Assembly: GCA_963718525.1 (NCBI GenBank)
Contig: OY970355.1
Coordinates: forward strand, 3,264,001 to 3,328,000
DNA: 64,000 nucleotides
From: Candidatus Dormiibacterota bacterium
Lineage (GTDB): Bacteria > Chloroflexota > Dormibacteria > Aeolococcales > Aeolococcaceae
Reading direction: 5' to 3'
The stretch's first letter is position 1. Every line of letters starts with the position of its first letter. Both the position numbers and the translations under genes were made by a program. Below are positions 20,578 through 30,757 of the stretch, piece by piece. The notes below the pieces were generated by a model, which saw only the letters and a program-made list of their open reading frames with translations, was not told where the DNA came from and searched no databases.

Positions 20578-22146
20578 TCAGGCCCTGAAGAGCGACCAGA
20601 ACCCGGGGTCCTCAAAACCGAGGCGCCAGGCGGCGATACCGGCGAGGCCGTACGTGTGGACGAGCGCAACCTTGCGAGCCAGGCTGTCGGCGTCGTCGAA
20701 GTAGCTGATGAGGGAATTGTTCGGCTGGACGATGAAGGGTGTCTGCGCGCTGAAGTCATAGTCGACCCTCGCTCCCGGCATGGACAGCGCGTTGTACAGG
20801 ATGTTCGAGTACGCGGATGCGCCCCCGAAGCTCCCCCAGGCACGCCCATAGAGCGGAACCCCGAGGAGCACGTGGGCCGGGTTGAGATCCGGCAGCGTCG
20901 CCTCGAGGATCGCGCGGTCCCAGTCCAGTCCGGCGACGGGGCCGGGCGTTCCCCCATCACCGTGCTGGTCATAGGCCATCAGATCCACGTAGTCGGCCGC
21001 CTTCCCAATCGCCGCGATGTCATAGGCGGCGGAGTACGGGTTCACCCCGGCGAAATCGTGCGGGACCACGTCGACGATCAGCTTGGCGCCGTGGGCGTGG
21101 ACCGCGGTCGCGAGCTGCTGGACGAACGCGGTGAAGGGCGCCTTGTCGGCGGTGAGCATTCCCTCGAAGTCGACGTTGATGCCCTTGTAGCCGTCGAATC
21201 GGATGGCGGCGACCATCTCATTGATCAGGACGCTGGTCGCATGCGGGTTGTTGAGCAGCTGATCGGTGGCCGTCGGATTCGTGGAGTCATTTGCCAGCGA
21301 CGGCCAGATGGGCAGACCCGCAGCTCCGGCGCGCCCCACCGCGGACTGATCGGGGGTGCCGAGGATCGACCCGTCTGCCTGTGGTTGCCAGCCGAGCGGC
21401 GTGACCTGGGTGACCGCGCCGAGGTGAAAGGCGAACGACGTGTTCGACGCCGAGGTGTTGATCACGAACGCGTCAACAGGGATGCCCGCGACGCTCGGAG
21501 CTGCGGGCACCGTCACACGCCGAACGCCGTGTCGAGGGATCCCCACCAGGGAGAGCGCGATCCCCGGGTCGAGGTGCGACTCGCCGGCCGTGGGGATGGT
21601 CGACGGCAGCGTGATCGACGCCGGCGGTCTGCCGCTCCAGCTGACCCGCGCGTGGGTCCCGTCGATCCACGTGATCGTGGCGCCGGGGAGCGCCGCAGCC
21701 ACGGCCGTCTGGTCCGGGGCGTCGTCGAAGACCGCGTCGACCACCAACCCGCTGGCTGGATCGATGTGTGCCGCCACCATGGCGGCCGTTGGGGCAATCA
21801 CCGTGAAAGCGAAGCTCTGGGTGCCGAGGCCGGCGACCGCGACCGACAGGTGATGACTGGAGGACAGCGGAAGTGGTTTGACCGTCGCCAGCAGGTCCTG
21901 GTTCCGGCTGGCGAGCGCCAGATGATTCCCGTCGAGGGTCGCACTGACGTCCGAAGCCTGAAGGGGAGCACCCGTGGCGTGCAGGCGGAGATCCAGGTTG
22001 GGCGGCACGTCGGCCGAGCCCGAACGCAGTCCGACCCCTCCGACGGTGATCACGACGTAGCCGTAGTTGGGCGGTGAGCCGAACCCGCTGAAGCTGCAGC
22101 CGGAGACCAGCAGCGCCACAGCCAGGCACGCCAGGCGGCGGTGCAT
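20578..22146 (-). CDS. GH18 glycoside hydrolase lipoprotein with N-terminal Ig-like region
   Basis: Lipobox LVSGC; GINVDFE, LMAYDQH, LGVPLYG and AWRLG motifs. Confidence 0.85.
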   Translation of the reverse strand: MHRRLACLAVALLVSGCSFSGFGSPPNYGYVVITVGGVGLRSGSADVPPNLDLRLHATGAPLQASDVSATLDGNHLALASRNQDLLATVKPLPLSSSHHLSVAVAGLGTQSFAFTVIAPTAAMVAAHIDPASGLVVDAVFDDAPDQTAVAAALPGATITWIDGTHARVSWSGRPPASITLPSTIPTAGESHLDPGIALSLVGIPRHGVRRVTVPAAPSVAGIPVDAFVINTSASNTSFAFHLGAVTQVTPLGWQPQADGSILGTPDQSAVGRAGAAGLPIWPSLANDSTNPTATDQLLNNPHATSVLINEMVAAIRFDGYKGINVDFEGMLTADKAPFTAFVQQLATAVHAHGAKLIVDVVPHDFAGVNPYSAAYDIAAIGKAADYVDLMAYDQHGDGGTPGPVAGLDWDRAILEATLPDLNPAHVLLGVPLYGRAWGSFGGASAYSNILYNALSMPGARVDYDFSAQTPFIVQPNNSLISYFDDADSLARKVALVHTYGLAGIAAWRLGFEDPGFWSLFRA

Positions 22147-22198
22147 TGCCTCGCAGTCTAGAGAAGGATGTGCTCGATACGATCGAGCAAGCCCGGAC

Positions 22199-23122
22199 TC
22201 AGCGGGTTGTGAGCGTCAGCTCCGCGGTCAGGGGCGGGCTCCCGGGGGCGGTGAAGTTGGCCGGGATTGTGGCGATGACGTGGATCTCGGTCCCGGGGGC
22301 CAGGCCCGCTGGAACCTGGAAGGTCAGGAGCGGCCCGGCCGATCCCCCGAATTGGAGCCCGGAACCAGCCCCGTTCGCGCCGGCGGCCACTGGTGTCTGC
22401 ACGGATCCAGCGGCCGCCGGGTTGGCCGGCACATTCAGGGTCGTGCCCACCTGGACCGACACGCACGGGAGCACCGCACGCGCGACCGGGCTCGTCGATG
22501 CCGCTCCCGGAATCGCGGCCTCCGGAACAGGAGCCGAGAACTGCGCGTAGACGACCGCCTGCTGGCCTGGGGTCACCTGAAGTGACGTCGCGGCGAGCAC
22601 CAGGTGGAGCGCCGGTTGGGCCGGGTCGGTGGCCAGGTTCTCCTGGGTGAAGCCGGGAGGCGGCGACGCGCCGGCGATGTTCGTGTACGCGTGCGTACAG
22701 GCCGCCGCTGCCGCAGGCTGCGGCAGCGAAGAACCAGGCGTTGCGACCGCGGAGGTCGCCACCGAGCCACCGCCGCCGACGCCGTGAACGACCGCGACGA
22801 TCAGGAGAACGACCGCAACCCCGCCGGCCAGCGCAGTCGCCGGAAAGCGACGCAACAGGCCGAGGTTGATCCGGCTCCATCCGAGACGGTGCTCGGGGGA
22901 ACGCTCGGCGACCGGTGCAGTCGACGGGAGATGCACGACGTGGGGCATTCGCGCCTTGGGCAGCTCGTGCAGGGCTTCGATCGTGGTCCGGAACTCCGCA
23001 TAAGCGGTGGCGCACGGCTCGCACGACTGCATGTGTGCTCGGAACCTCGCCTCATCGATGGGCGAGAGCTCGTCCTCGTAAGCGGAGGTGAACAGATCGT
23101 CGAGGTGGCGGCGCGGGGTCAT
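22199..23122 (-). CDS. Zinc-binding anti-sigma factor (zf-HC2) with TM helix and extracellular domain
   Basis: HMQSCEPC (HxxxCxxC); overlaps the stop of the upstream ECF sigma gene. Confidence 0.85.
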   Translation of the reverse strand: MTPRRHLDDLFTSAYEDELSPIDEARFRAHMQSCEPCATAYAEFRTTIEALHELPKARMPHVVHLPSTAPVAERSPEHRLGWSRINLGLLRRFPATALAGGVAVVLLIVAVVHGVGGGGSVATSAVATPGSSLPQPAAAAACTHAYTNIAGASPPPGFTQENLATDPAQPALHLVLAATSLQVTPGQQAVVYAQFSAPVPEAAIPGAASTSPVARAVLPCVSVQVGTTLNVPANPAAAGSVQTPVAAGANGAGSGLQFGGSAGPLLTFQVPAGLAPGTEIHVIATIPANFTAPGSPPLTAELTLTTR

Positions 23123-23694
23123 GCGTGCTCCTCAGCGAAACCGGGCTGCGCGGCCGTCCCCCGGAGCGCCTTGGCAAGCATCAATCGCGCCCGGTTGAGC
23201 CGCGACTTGACCGTGCCGATGGGGATGTGGAGCGCCGCGGACATCTCCTCGTAGCTCAGCTCGTTGACGTCTCTGAGGACGACCACCGCGCGGAAGTCAG
23301 GCTGCAGCGTCAGGAGCGCCAGCCGGACTGCCGCCACGCGCTCCCGGGCAAGGGCGCTCGCCTCCGGTCCCAGGCCTGGGTCCGGCAATTCGACGATGTT
23401 TCCCTCGGCATCCTCGAGGGGATCAGCGGGCTTACGGATGCCGCGTCGCTGAATGTCGTGACTGCAGTTGATCGCGACCCGGAAGAGCCATGCACGGATG
23501 GTGTGTCCGCGAAGCACGGGAATCCGCACGTAGGCGCGAAGGAAGGTTTCCTGAACGACGTCTGCGGCGTCCGCGGGGGTCCCGAGAATCCTGAGTGCCA
23601 TCGTGTAGAGCTCATCCTGGTGGCGAGTGACAATTGCGGCAAAGGCGTCGCGGTCGCCGCGGCGTGCCCGCTCGAGGAGCGCCTCGTCGTCCAT
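23119..23694 (-). CDS. ECF RNA polymerase sigma factor
   Basis: Region 2 DVVQETFLRA and AWLFRVA; region 4 SYEEMS..GTVKSRLNRAR. Confidence 0.95.
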   Translation of the reverse strand: MDDEALLERARRGDRDAFAAIVTRHQDELYTMALRILGTPADAADVVQETFLRAYVRIPVLRGHTIRAWLFRVAINCSHDIQRRGIRKPADPLEDAEGNIVELPDPGLGPEASALARERVAAVRLALLTLQPDFRAVVVLRDVNELSYEEMSAALHIPIGTVKSRLNRARLMLAKALRGTAAQPGFAEEHA

Positions 23695-23759
23695 GCATCT
23701 GAGGGTACGCGCGGGAGGGCATTCCGGTTCCCGGCATGGCCCGGTACGCTGTCACCCTG

Positions 23760-23842
23760 GCCGGGGTGGCGGAATGGTAGACGCAGCGGTCTCAAAAACC
23801 GCCGAGGGCAACCTCGTGAGGGTTCGACTCCCTCTCCCGGCA
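23760..23842 (+). tRNA. tRNA-Leu(CAA)
   Basis: GCCGGGGTGGCGGAATGGTAGACGCA-GCGGT-CTCAAAA-ACCGC, long variable arm, GGTTCGACT T-loop, ends CCCGGCA. Confidence 0.97.
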
Positions 23843-23904
23843 CGTTGGGCTCACGCGTGCAAACACGCGTCCGCCCGGCACGGTACGCACTGCCCTGTCC
23901 AGCA

Positions 23905-24660
23905 TTATCGTTCGGAGAGGAACGCGGCGATCGCGGTGCCGAGCTCGGGCGCGTTGAACGCGCTCTCATGACCGCCCGGCACGCGGATGAATCGAGCATT
24001 GGGCAGGAGCGCGGCCAGCTCGTCGGCATCAGCGCGCTCATCCTGATCGCCGATCGCGACAAGCGTCGGGGTCGTTATCCGGTGCAGTGCATCCTCGGGC
24101 GTCGGGACGAGCGACTCCATCATGCACACCAGGGCCCGAGGGTCGGCGCCCAGCTTGGAGATCCCGTCCGCCATGCGCGCGTCGGAAGAATCAGGCTCGA
24201 TCGCGACACCGTCGACCAGCGCAGTGAGCACACGATGAGTCGTCCCGGCGCTCTGGGGGCCGCTCACCTTGGCCAGTCCCTGTCCGGCAACAATCGCGCG
24301 GCTCGGCTTGGCACCCCGCGCGAGCATGCGCACCACGATCCGCGCCCCGAGCGAGTAACCACCAAGGTCGTAGTCCCCATCGCCGAGCCCAAGATGCTCG
24401 ACGAGCGCAAGCCCATCGTCAGCCAGCACGTCGCGCGGATACGACGCAGGATCGTGGGGCTTTGCGCTCGCTCCGTGGCCGCGCAAGTCCGGAAGCACGA
24501 CGCGATACCCCTGCTTGGTGAGCGCGTCGACCTTGCCCTGCTCGAGCCAGTGCGAACCCGCGCCCATGAAGCCGTGCAGCAGGATCAGGGGTCTGCCGGA
24601 CCCGATCTCAGCGTAAGCAAGGTCGACGCCGTCTCGGCCAACGAACCGATGAGCGCCCAT
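23905..24660 (-). CDS. Alpha/beta fold hydrolase
   Basis: LLHGF, DLRGHG, nucleophile GYSLG, GDQD and PGGH motifs. Confidence 0.9.
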   Translation of the reverse strand: MGAHRFVGRDGVDLAYAEIGSGRPLILLHGFMGAGSHWLEQGKVDALTKQGYRVVLPDLRGHGASAKPHDPASYPRDVLADDGLALVEHLGLGDGDYDLGGYSLGARIVVRMLARGAKPSRAIVAGQGLAKVSGPQSAGTTHRVLTALVDGVAIEPDSSDARMADGISKLGADPRALVCMMESLVPTPEDALHRITTPTLVAIGDQDERADADELAALLPNARFIRVPGGHESAFNAPELGTAIAAFLSER

Positions 24661-24827
24661 GTCGTGTCGATCGTAAGCCATCCAAATCGAAGGTCGGACG
24701 ATCTTTCCCTCTCCGGGCATGTTGCGCGCCCGGCACGTCGCGCCCCATGCCGCATCGCGGTGGTATCCGCGCATCGGCGCGAGCGTGCCGGAACAGTCGC
24801 GTTGCACCGCCCTCCTAGCATGATTTC

Positions 24828-26982
24828 GTGAGATCCCGACTGACGATCGTGGCCGTGATCACAGTCGCCGCTCTTGTCGCCGCAGCTGTCCTGTCAGCCG
24901 TCTCCATTCAGACTTCCTATGCCTCGAACCTGAAAACTGAGACATCGAAGCTCGCCGCGACCGCGCAGGTGATTGCAGAGTTGCTCCACCAGGAGATGAC
25001 AGGCGTCGAAGAGGTCGAGCAGGCCACCCTTCGCGAGGTTGACTTCGTGGAGGCGGTGGGTTCGGGCGACCCTCAAGGGAACAACCTACAGGAGATCCAG
25101 ACCGTTCTCGGCGATGTGCAATCACTGCGACCGGAATACCAGTTCGCAGCTCTCGCGAGCACGCCGGGGAACCTGCTCGCGATTGCCCCAGCCAATCCGT
25201 CAATCATCGGCGAGAGTTTTCGATTCCGCGACTGGTACCAGGGCATCGCTCACACCGGCGCAGCATTTGTGTCAACCGGCTATGTGTCGTCTGCGCAGAG
25301 CGCGCCGCTTGTGGTTGCCATCGCAACGCCGATCCGCGCGCCCGCGTTCGATGGGGCGACCGGACCCGAGTCCGGCCCACTGGTCGCCATTCTCTTCATC
25401 GGCTACAGGATCGGCATGTCACCGTTCCCGTGTCGGGAATCCGCTGGACCGTCAGCACCACGGCCCTTGTTGCGGACACGTTCGCAGCGTCGAGTCGCAA
25501 CACCGCCATATTGATCGCCGCCGGTTTGCTGCTGGTGCTCTGCCTCGCGGGGGCCGCAATGATTCTCATGACGCGACGCCTCGAGCGCGCCAATATTGCG
25601 CATGCCGCGCAGACGGCGCAACTGCGCACAGTCCTCGAGGCACTCACCGAGGCGATCCAGGTCTTCGACGCGGACGGCGAACTCGTGATTCGGAATACGG
25701 CCGCTCTACGCACCGTATGAGCTCATCCCGGAGGAACGCTCCACGGCGGCAGTGCTCCCGAAATGGGAGCTCCTCCGCGAGAACGGGACGATCATGTCGG
25801 TGGACGATGGCCCGCTCGCCAAGAGCAGAAACAGCGGTGAACCGTCGAAGGACGTCGTCGTCGGGCTCCGGCGGCGCGCGGACGGACTTGTCAGGTGGCA
25901 GTCCATCAGCACCATGCCGATTCGGGGAACGGGCACGAAGACCATGGGCTACGTGTCGTGCGCCCGAGACATCACGGACGGCATCGAGATGACCCGCTCC
26001 CTTCGCGTGCTCACTCGGGCCGCGCATCAACTGAGCTCTTCCCTCGTACCGGCCGACGTTGGCGCGGCCGTTACCAAGGCGGCGGCCGAATTGACCTCGT
26101 CGCCGGGCAGTGCCCCGCATCGCGCCGCGGTCCTGATGATCGAAGGCACGACGATGACGGTTACGGGAGCAACCGATGCAGCCGGCTCTGCCAGTCCGCC
26201 GCAGGTCATTCCTGTGGCCGAGCATCCGCATGTTCAGGCGGTCATCGCGTCGAGGGAACCTGTGGTCGCCGAGTTTCAGACCGAGAGGTGCGGGCCGATT
26301 GTCGCGGACATGCTGCGGGCTTCGGGCACCACCAACGGCGCGCTCGTGCCGATGCTGAACGACGCCGGCGTGTTCGGGATCATTGCCGTCTCCGGTACCC
26401 GGCACCTCCTGGTGAATCAGCTGCAGGTCGAGCACCTCAAGAAGTCTTGCGACCATCGGTTCCCTGGCATTCGCCAACGCGTCCGCGCACATGCGGGCCG
26501 AAGCGCTGGCACGCACCGACCCACTCACCGGAATCGGCAACCGCCGCGTGCTCGCGGACCGCCTCTCGCAGCTCGGCCGCGAGCGCTTCGCCATCATTGC
26601 CATCGACGTCGACGGCCTGAAGTCGGTCAACGACGTCCATGGTCACGCGGCGGGCGATGCACTGCTCTCCGGCCTCGCGACGGCGATGGTGCAGGAGCTG
26701 CGCCCGTCGGACGTGCTGGTGCGGACCGGCGGCGACGAGTTCGTGGCCGTGCTGGTTGATTGCGACGCGCAGGGCGCAGTCCGGTTCGCGGGCCGGCTGC
26801 AGCGCGCGGTCCGGCAGGTTGCGTTCACGTGGGGGGTGCCGAGCATCAGCATCGGGACGGCGGCCGGTGCGCCCGGAGACTCCCCGACCGACGTTGCGAG
26901 CTCAGCTGATCACGCGCTCTACGTGGCCAAGGAAGCAGCGCATGCGCGTCGCGACCTGGCCGAGAGCGCAACGGTGTCGTGA
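24828..26982 (+). pseudogene. Cache-PAS-GAF-GGDEF diguanylate cyclase broken into four reading frames
   Basis: TM-Cache (FRDWYQ), TM-PAS start, PAS-GAF and intact TDPLTG..GGDEF pieces; breaks near 25415, 25714 and 26442. Confidence 0.8.
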
Positions 26983-27151
26983 GTCAGGATCCAGGCAAGG
27001 TGACCAAGGACGGATTCGGCACGCGGTGGGTGCAGCTGCAGGGCGTGCATCCGGCATTCGCTCAGGCGGTCGCCAACTCCCGCTCGTGGCACGGCATCAT
27101 TACCGCAGGACGCGCGACCAGTTCATCACCGATGCATCTGGAGGAACACCA

Positions 27152-27472
27152 ATGCTCATCAGCACCGCCAACGACCTGCCCGGATACGAGATCACCGAAG
27201 TCCTGGGCGAGGTGTTCGGGCTCACGGTTCGCTCTCGGAACATCGGCTCGCAATTCGGCGCGGGACTCAAGTCGCTCATGGGCGGAGAGCTGAAAGGGAT
27301 GACCCAGAACCTCGCACAGAGCCGCCAGGAGGTCATCGAGCGCATGTGCGCCGAGGCGACCGCCAAGGGCGGCGACTCCATCGTCGCGATGCGGTTCGAC
27401 ACCTCGGAGATGGGTGGGACCTGGACCGAGATCTGCGCCTACGGGACGGCTGTCAAGACCCGAAAGCTCTAA
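27152..27472 (+). CDS. YbjQ/UPF0145 family protein
   Basis: GGAGG RBS; GLTVRSRN..GGEL and EICAYGTAVK motifs. Confidence 0.93.
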   Translation: MLISTANDLPGYEITEVLGEVFGLTVRSRNIGSQFGAGLKSLMGGELKGMTQNLAQSRQEVIERMCAEATAKGGDSIVAMRFDTSEMGGTWTEICAYGTAVKTRKL

Positions 27473-28641
27473 ACCGCGGCGCCGAATCTTTCGAGCCGGA
27501 ACGGCGACAGATCCGCGTCGCTCGCCCCCGTCGTGACCCGTTGTGCGATCGCCTCGCCGAGGCCGGCCGAATGCTTGAACCCGTGTCCCGAACACGGTGA
27601 TACGAGCAGCACGCCGGGGAGATCCGGGTGGTCGTCGATGACGAAGTTCGCATCCGGCGTGACCGTGTAGAGGCAGCGGGCCGCACGCAGAACGTTCGAC
27701 GAGACGCCCGGGAGGCGCTTGCCGATCAGTGACTCATAGAGTTGACGCGGCTCGTCGGGATCGACTTCGAGCGAAGCGTCGTCAGCACTGGTTGCCCTGT
27801 CGAGCTGTTCGTCGGCGACCTTGATCTCGCGGGTGCCGTCGATCGCGGGGAAACCGTAGAACGCGTTGCCGTCGCTGAGCCCCCAGATGAACACGGGCAT
27901 GGCGCCCGACGTGTGATCGACGGCATCCGGCCTCAGCTCGTACCACTGCAGCACCTGCCGATACACGTTGAACAGCTGCAGCTGCTCCACGGCGACAAAG
28001 TCGCGAACCCACGCCCCCACCGCGAGCACCACCCTGCCGGCGTCGACGTCGCCGCGGTCGGTGCGCACTCGCACGCCGCTCCCCGACGGTTCGACGGCGA
28101 GCACTCTCTCGTCACGGCGGATCTCGGCGCGGTGGCGGCTCGCCACCGACAGCTGCGCGTCGACACAACGCTCTGGACGCACAAACCCGGCGGTCGGCTC
28201 GTAATAGGCGGATTCGTCACCATCCAACCCGAACTGCGGGAACCGGTCGGCAACCTCCGCAGCGCTGAGCCGCTCGTGCTTGATCCCGTATCGATTCGCG
28301 CAGGCGATGGTGCTGGCCAGGAACTCGTGACGGTGGTGTCCGGCGGCCCCACCGCCGGCCGACTCGAGGATCAGCCCACCGCACTGGGTGAGCAGCTTCT
28401 GGCCGGTTTCTGCCTCGAGCTCGCGCCAGATCGCATGCGAGCGCTGGACCAGCGGCGTATACGCCTCGCCCTCGCCGATCGCCTCCCGCGTGATGCGCGT
28501 ATCCCCGTGGGTCGAGCCGTGGATGTGCGGTGGTGAGAATCGATCGATGCCGACCACACGGGCTCCACGCGTCGCCAGTTGATACAGCGTCGCAGCGCCG
28601 GCGGCGCCCAGCCCGATGACTGCCACGTCGTACGTGCTCAC
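27469..28641 (-). CDS. solA: N-methyl-L-tryptophan/sarcosine oxidase family flavoprotein
   Basis: GLGAAG, GSTHGDTRI, CLYTVTPD and CSGHGFK motifs. Confidence 0.9.
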   Translation of the reverse strand: MSTYDVAVIGLGAAGAATLYQLATRGARVVGIDRFSPPHIHGSTHGDTRITREAIGEGEAYTPLVQRSHAIWRELEAETGQKLLTQCGGLILESAGGGAAGHHRHEFLASTIACANRYGIKHERLSAAEVADRFPQFGLDGDESAYYEPTAGFVRPERCVDAQLSVASRHRAEIRRDERVLAVEPSGSGVRVRTDRGDVDAGRVVLAVGAWVRDFVAVEQLQLFNVYRQVLQWYELRPDAVDHTSGAMPVFIWGLSDGNAFYGFPAIDGTREIKVADEQLDRATSADDASLEVDPDEPRQLYESLIGKRLPGVSSNVLRAARCLYTVTPDANFVIDDHPDLPGVLLVSPCSGHGFKHSAGLGEAIAQRVTTGASDADLSPFRLERFGAAV

Positions 28642-28663
28642 CGCCGCAGCCTACTACCCTGAG

Positions 28664-29296
28664 ATGGTGGGCCAGGAACACTACTTCAGCCCGGATCCGA
28701 AGGTCGCTTCGCGCCCCAGGACGATCCGGGTCGAGCTCCCAGACCAGAGCTTCGAGCTCGACACCGATCGCGGTGTCTTTGCGCACGGTCATCTCGACTC
28801 CGGCACCGAACTCCTGCTGCGGAGCGTGGGGCCGATCCCTTCCGGTGAGATCGCCGATGTCGGCTGCGGATATGGCGCCATCGCCATCGCCCTGGCACTG
28901 CGCAACCCGGATGCCCGGGTATGGGCGGTGGACGTCAACCGCCGCGCTCTCGACCTCTGCGCGCGCAACGCCGACCGTGCGGGCGCACACAATGTCGTCC
29001 CCGCCGAACCGGACGCGGTCCCTGGGGGCGTCAAGTTCGCCGCCGTGTACTCCAACCCGCCGGTGCGGCTCGGCAAGGCGGCGCTCCACGAGCTGCTCCT
29101 CACCTGGATCGGACGGCTCGGGCCGGACGCCATCGCGCACCTGGTGGTCCAGCGGCATCTCGGCGCCGATTCGCTGGCAGCGTGGCTGACCGTCCTCGGT
29201 CATCGCGTCGAACGGGTCAGGTCGAAGGGCGGGTATCGCATCCTCGAGGTGCATGCGGCCGCCGCAACTCCGCATCATGAGCGCCGTGCCCGTTAG
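28664..29296 (+). CDS. Class I SAM methyltransferase, MTS/RsmC-like
   Basis: HYFS, GVF..LDSGT, DVGCGYG and SNPP motifs. Confidence 0.88.
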   Translation: MVGQEHYFSPDPKVASRPRTIRVELPDQSFELDTDRGVFAHGHLDSGTELLLRSVGPIPSGEIADVGCGYGAIAIALALRNPDARVWAVDVNRRALDLCARNADRAGAHNVVPAEPDAVPGGVKFAAVYSNPPVRLGKAALHELLLTWIGRLGPDAIAHLVVQRHLGADSLAAWLTVLGHRVERVRSKGGYRILEVHAAAATPHHERRAR

Positions 29297-30182
29297 CCCC
29301 GGCCCGGTCGGCTTCATCACGATCAATGTCGACCCGGTCCTGAATCTGGGGCCCCTGCCGATCCACTGGTATGGGGTCATGTATGCGGTGGCATTCCTCG
29401 CCGCGTATCAGTTCGGTGTGCTGCCCTACGCGAAGCGCCGTGGCCTCCCGAAGGCGACCGCGGAGAAGATCTGCGTCTGGACGATCATCTTCGGGCTGCT
29501 CGGGGGCCGGCTGTACTACGTCGTCCAGCAGCCCGACCTGTGGCAGAACTTCATCCTCCACCCCATCAACATCATCGCGTTCTGGCAGGGTGGGATGGCC
29601 TTCTTCGGCGCCATCATCGCCGGCTTCATCACCCTCGCGATCTGCGCGTGGCGCTACGGATACAACCCCTGGATCGCGCTCGACGGCGGTGTGATCTTCG
29701 CCGTCGTGGGTCAGCCCATCGGACGCATCGGCAACGTGATCAACGGCGACATCCTGGGTGCGCCGAGCAACCTTCCCTGGGCAACGGCCTACTCGAATCC
29801 ACACGCGATCCTGCAGACCGGGTTCAGCCTCTGCACGCCGGCGCAGTGCATCGCCTATCAGCCCGCGGCGGTGTACGAGGCGCTCGGAACCATCTGCATC
29901 GGGCTCATCCTCTGGGTGCTGCTTCGGCGGAATGTGCGTCCGGGTGTGCTCGCCATCAGCTATGTGGCGCTGTACGCGATCAGCCAGCTCATCCTGTTCG
30001 AGTTCCGCAAGAGCGAACCGCCGGGGCCACTCGGGCTGCGTGAGGCGCAATGGACGTCGATCGTGACGCTGGTGATCGGCGTACCCCTCCTCTACCTCCT
30101 CTGGCGGCGCACCAACTCGCGGTTCGAGAAGCGCTTTCCGGCTGAACCGGCCACCGCCCATGAGCCGGCAACAGCTCGGTGA
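29277..30182 (+). CDS. lgt: Prolipoprotein diacylglyceryl transferase
   Basis: IHWYGVM, GGRLYYV, WQGGM and QPIGRIGNVINGD motifs. Confidence 0.9.
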   Translation: MSAVPVSPGPVGFITINVDPVLNLGPLPIHWYGVMYAVAFLAAYQFGVLPYAKRRGLPKATAEKICVWTIIFGLLGGRLYYVVQQPDLWQNFILHPINIIAFWQGGMAFFGAIIAGFITLAICAWRYGYNPWIALDGGVIFAVVGQPIGRIGNVINGDILGAPSNLPWATAYSNPHAILQTGFSLCTPAQCIAYQPAAVYEALGTICIGLILWVLLRRNVRPGVLAISYVALYAISQLILFEFRKSEPPGPLGLREAQWTSIVTLVIGVPLLYLLWRRTNSRFEKRFPAEPATAHEPATAR

Positions 30183-30739
30183 CACAGCTTCTTCTCTACA
30201 ACGTCATCGGCTTCATCGAGGTGGCGTTGACGGTCCTGATCATCGCGCGGATCGCGGTGTCATGGATCGGGCTCAGCCCGTGGCACCCGGTGGTCCGCTG
30301 GCTGCGCATCATCGTGGATCCCATCCTCGCGCCCTTCCGGCGCATCCTCCCCACATTCGGCGGCCTCGACTTCTCGCCGATCCTCGCGCTCGTCGTCATC
30401 AACATCGTGGCCCAGATACTGCAGACGCTGGTCCTTGGTGGCGGCGTCAATCCGGGCCAGACAATCGCCCTGCTCATCGAGCAGGTGGTGGTGGATGTCG
30501 CGATTGCGATTGCGATCCTCGTCTTCATCCGCGTTCTGCTCGCGGTGTTCCACGCCGACCCGTGGCATCCATTGGTGCAGATGATCCGGTCGGTGACCAA
30601 TCCGCTCGTGGCTCCCTTCGCTGGCCTGCACCGTCGCGGGGCCACCGCTGCGGTGGACGTCCCGGCGATCGCGGCGCTGGCGATGTACATCGTCGTGATC
30701 ATCGCGATCAAGTTCGTGTTCGGGCTGATCTTCCCGTAG
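30179..30739 (+). CDS. YggT family membrane protein with two YGGT repeats
   Basis: DPILAPFRRILP..LDFSP and second repeat TNPLVAPF..VD. Confidence 0.88.
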   Translation: MTQLLLYNVIGFIEVALTVLIIARIAVSWIGLSPWHPVVRWLRIIVDPILAPFRRILPTFGGLDFSPILALVVINIVAQILQTLVLGGGVNPGQTIALLIEQVVVDVAIAIAILVFIRVLLAVFHADPWHPLVQMIRSVTNPLVAPFAGLHRRGATAAVDVPAIAALAMYIVVIIAIKFVFGLIFP

Positions 30740-30757
30740 GGCGCAGCAGGCGCGGTG

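Noticed and set aside
25718-25720. TGA in the cyclase as possible selenocysteine read-through
   Set aside because: The downstream coding sequence is in a different frame, so this is a frameshift rather than recoding
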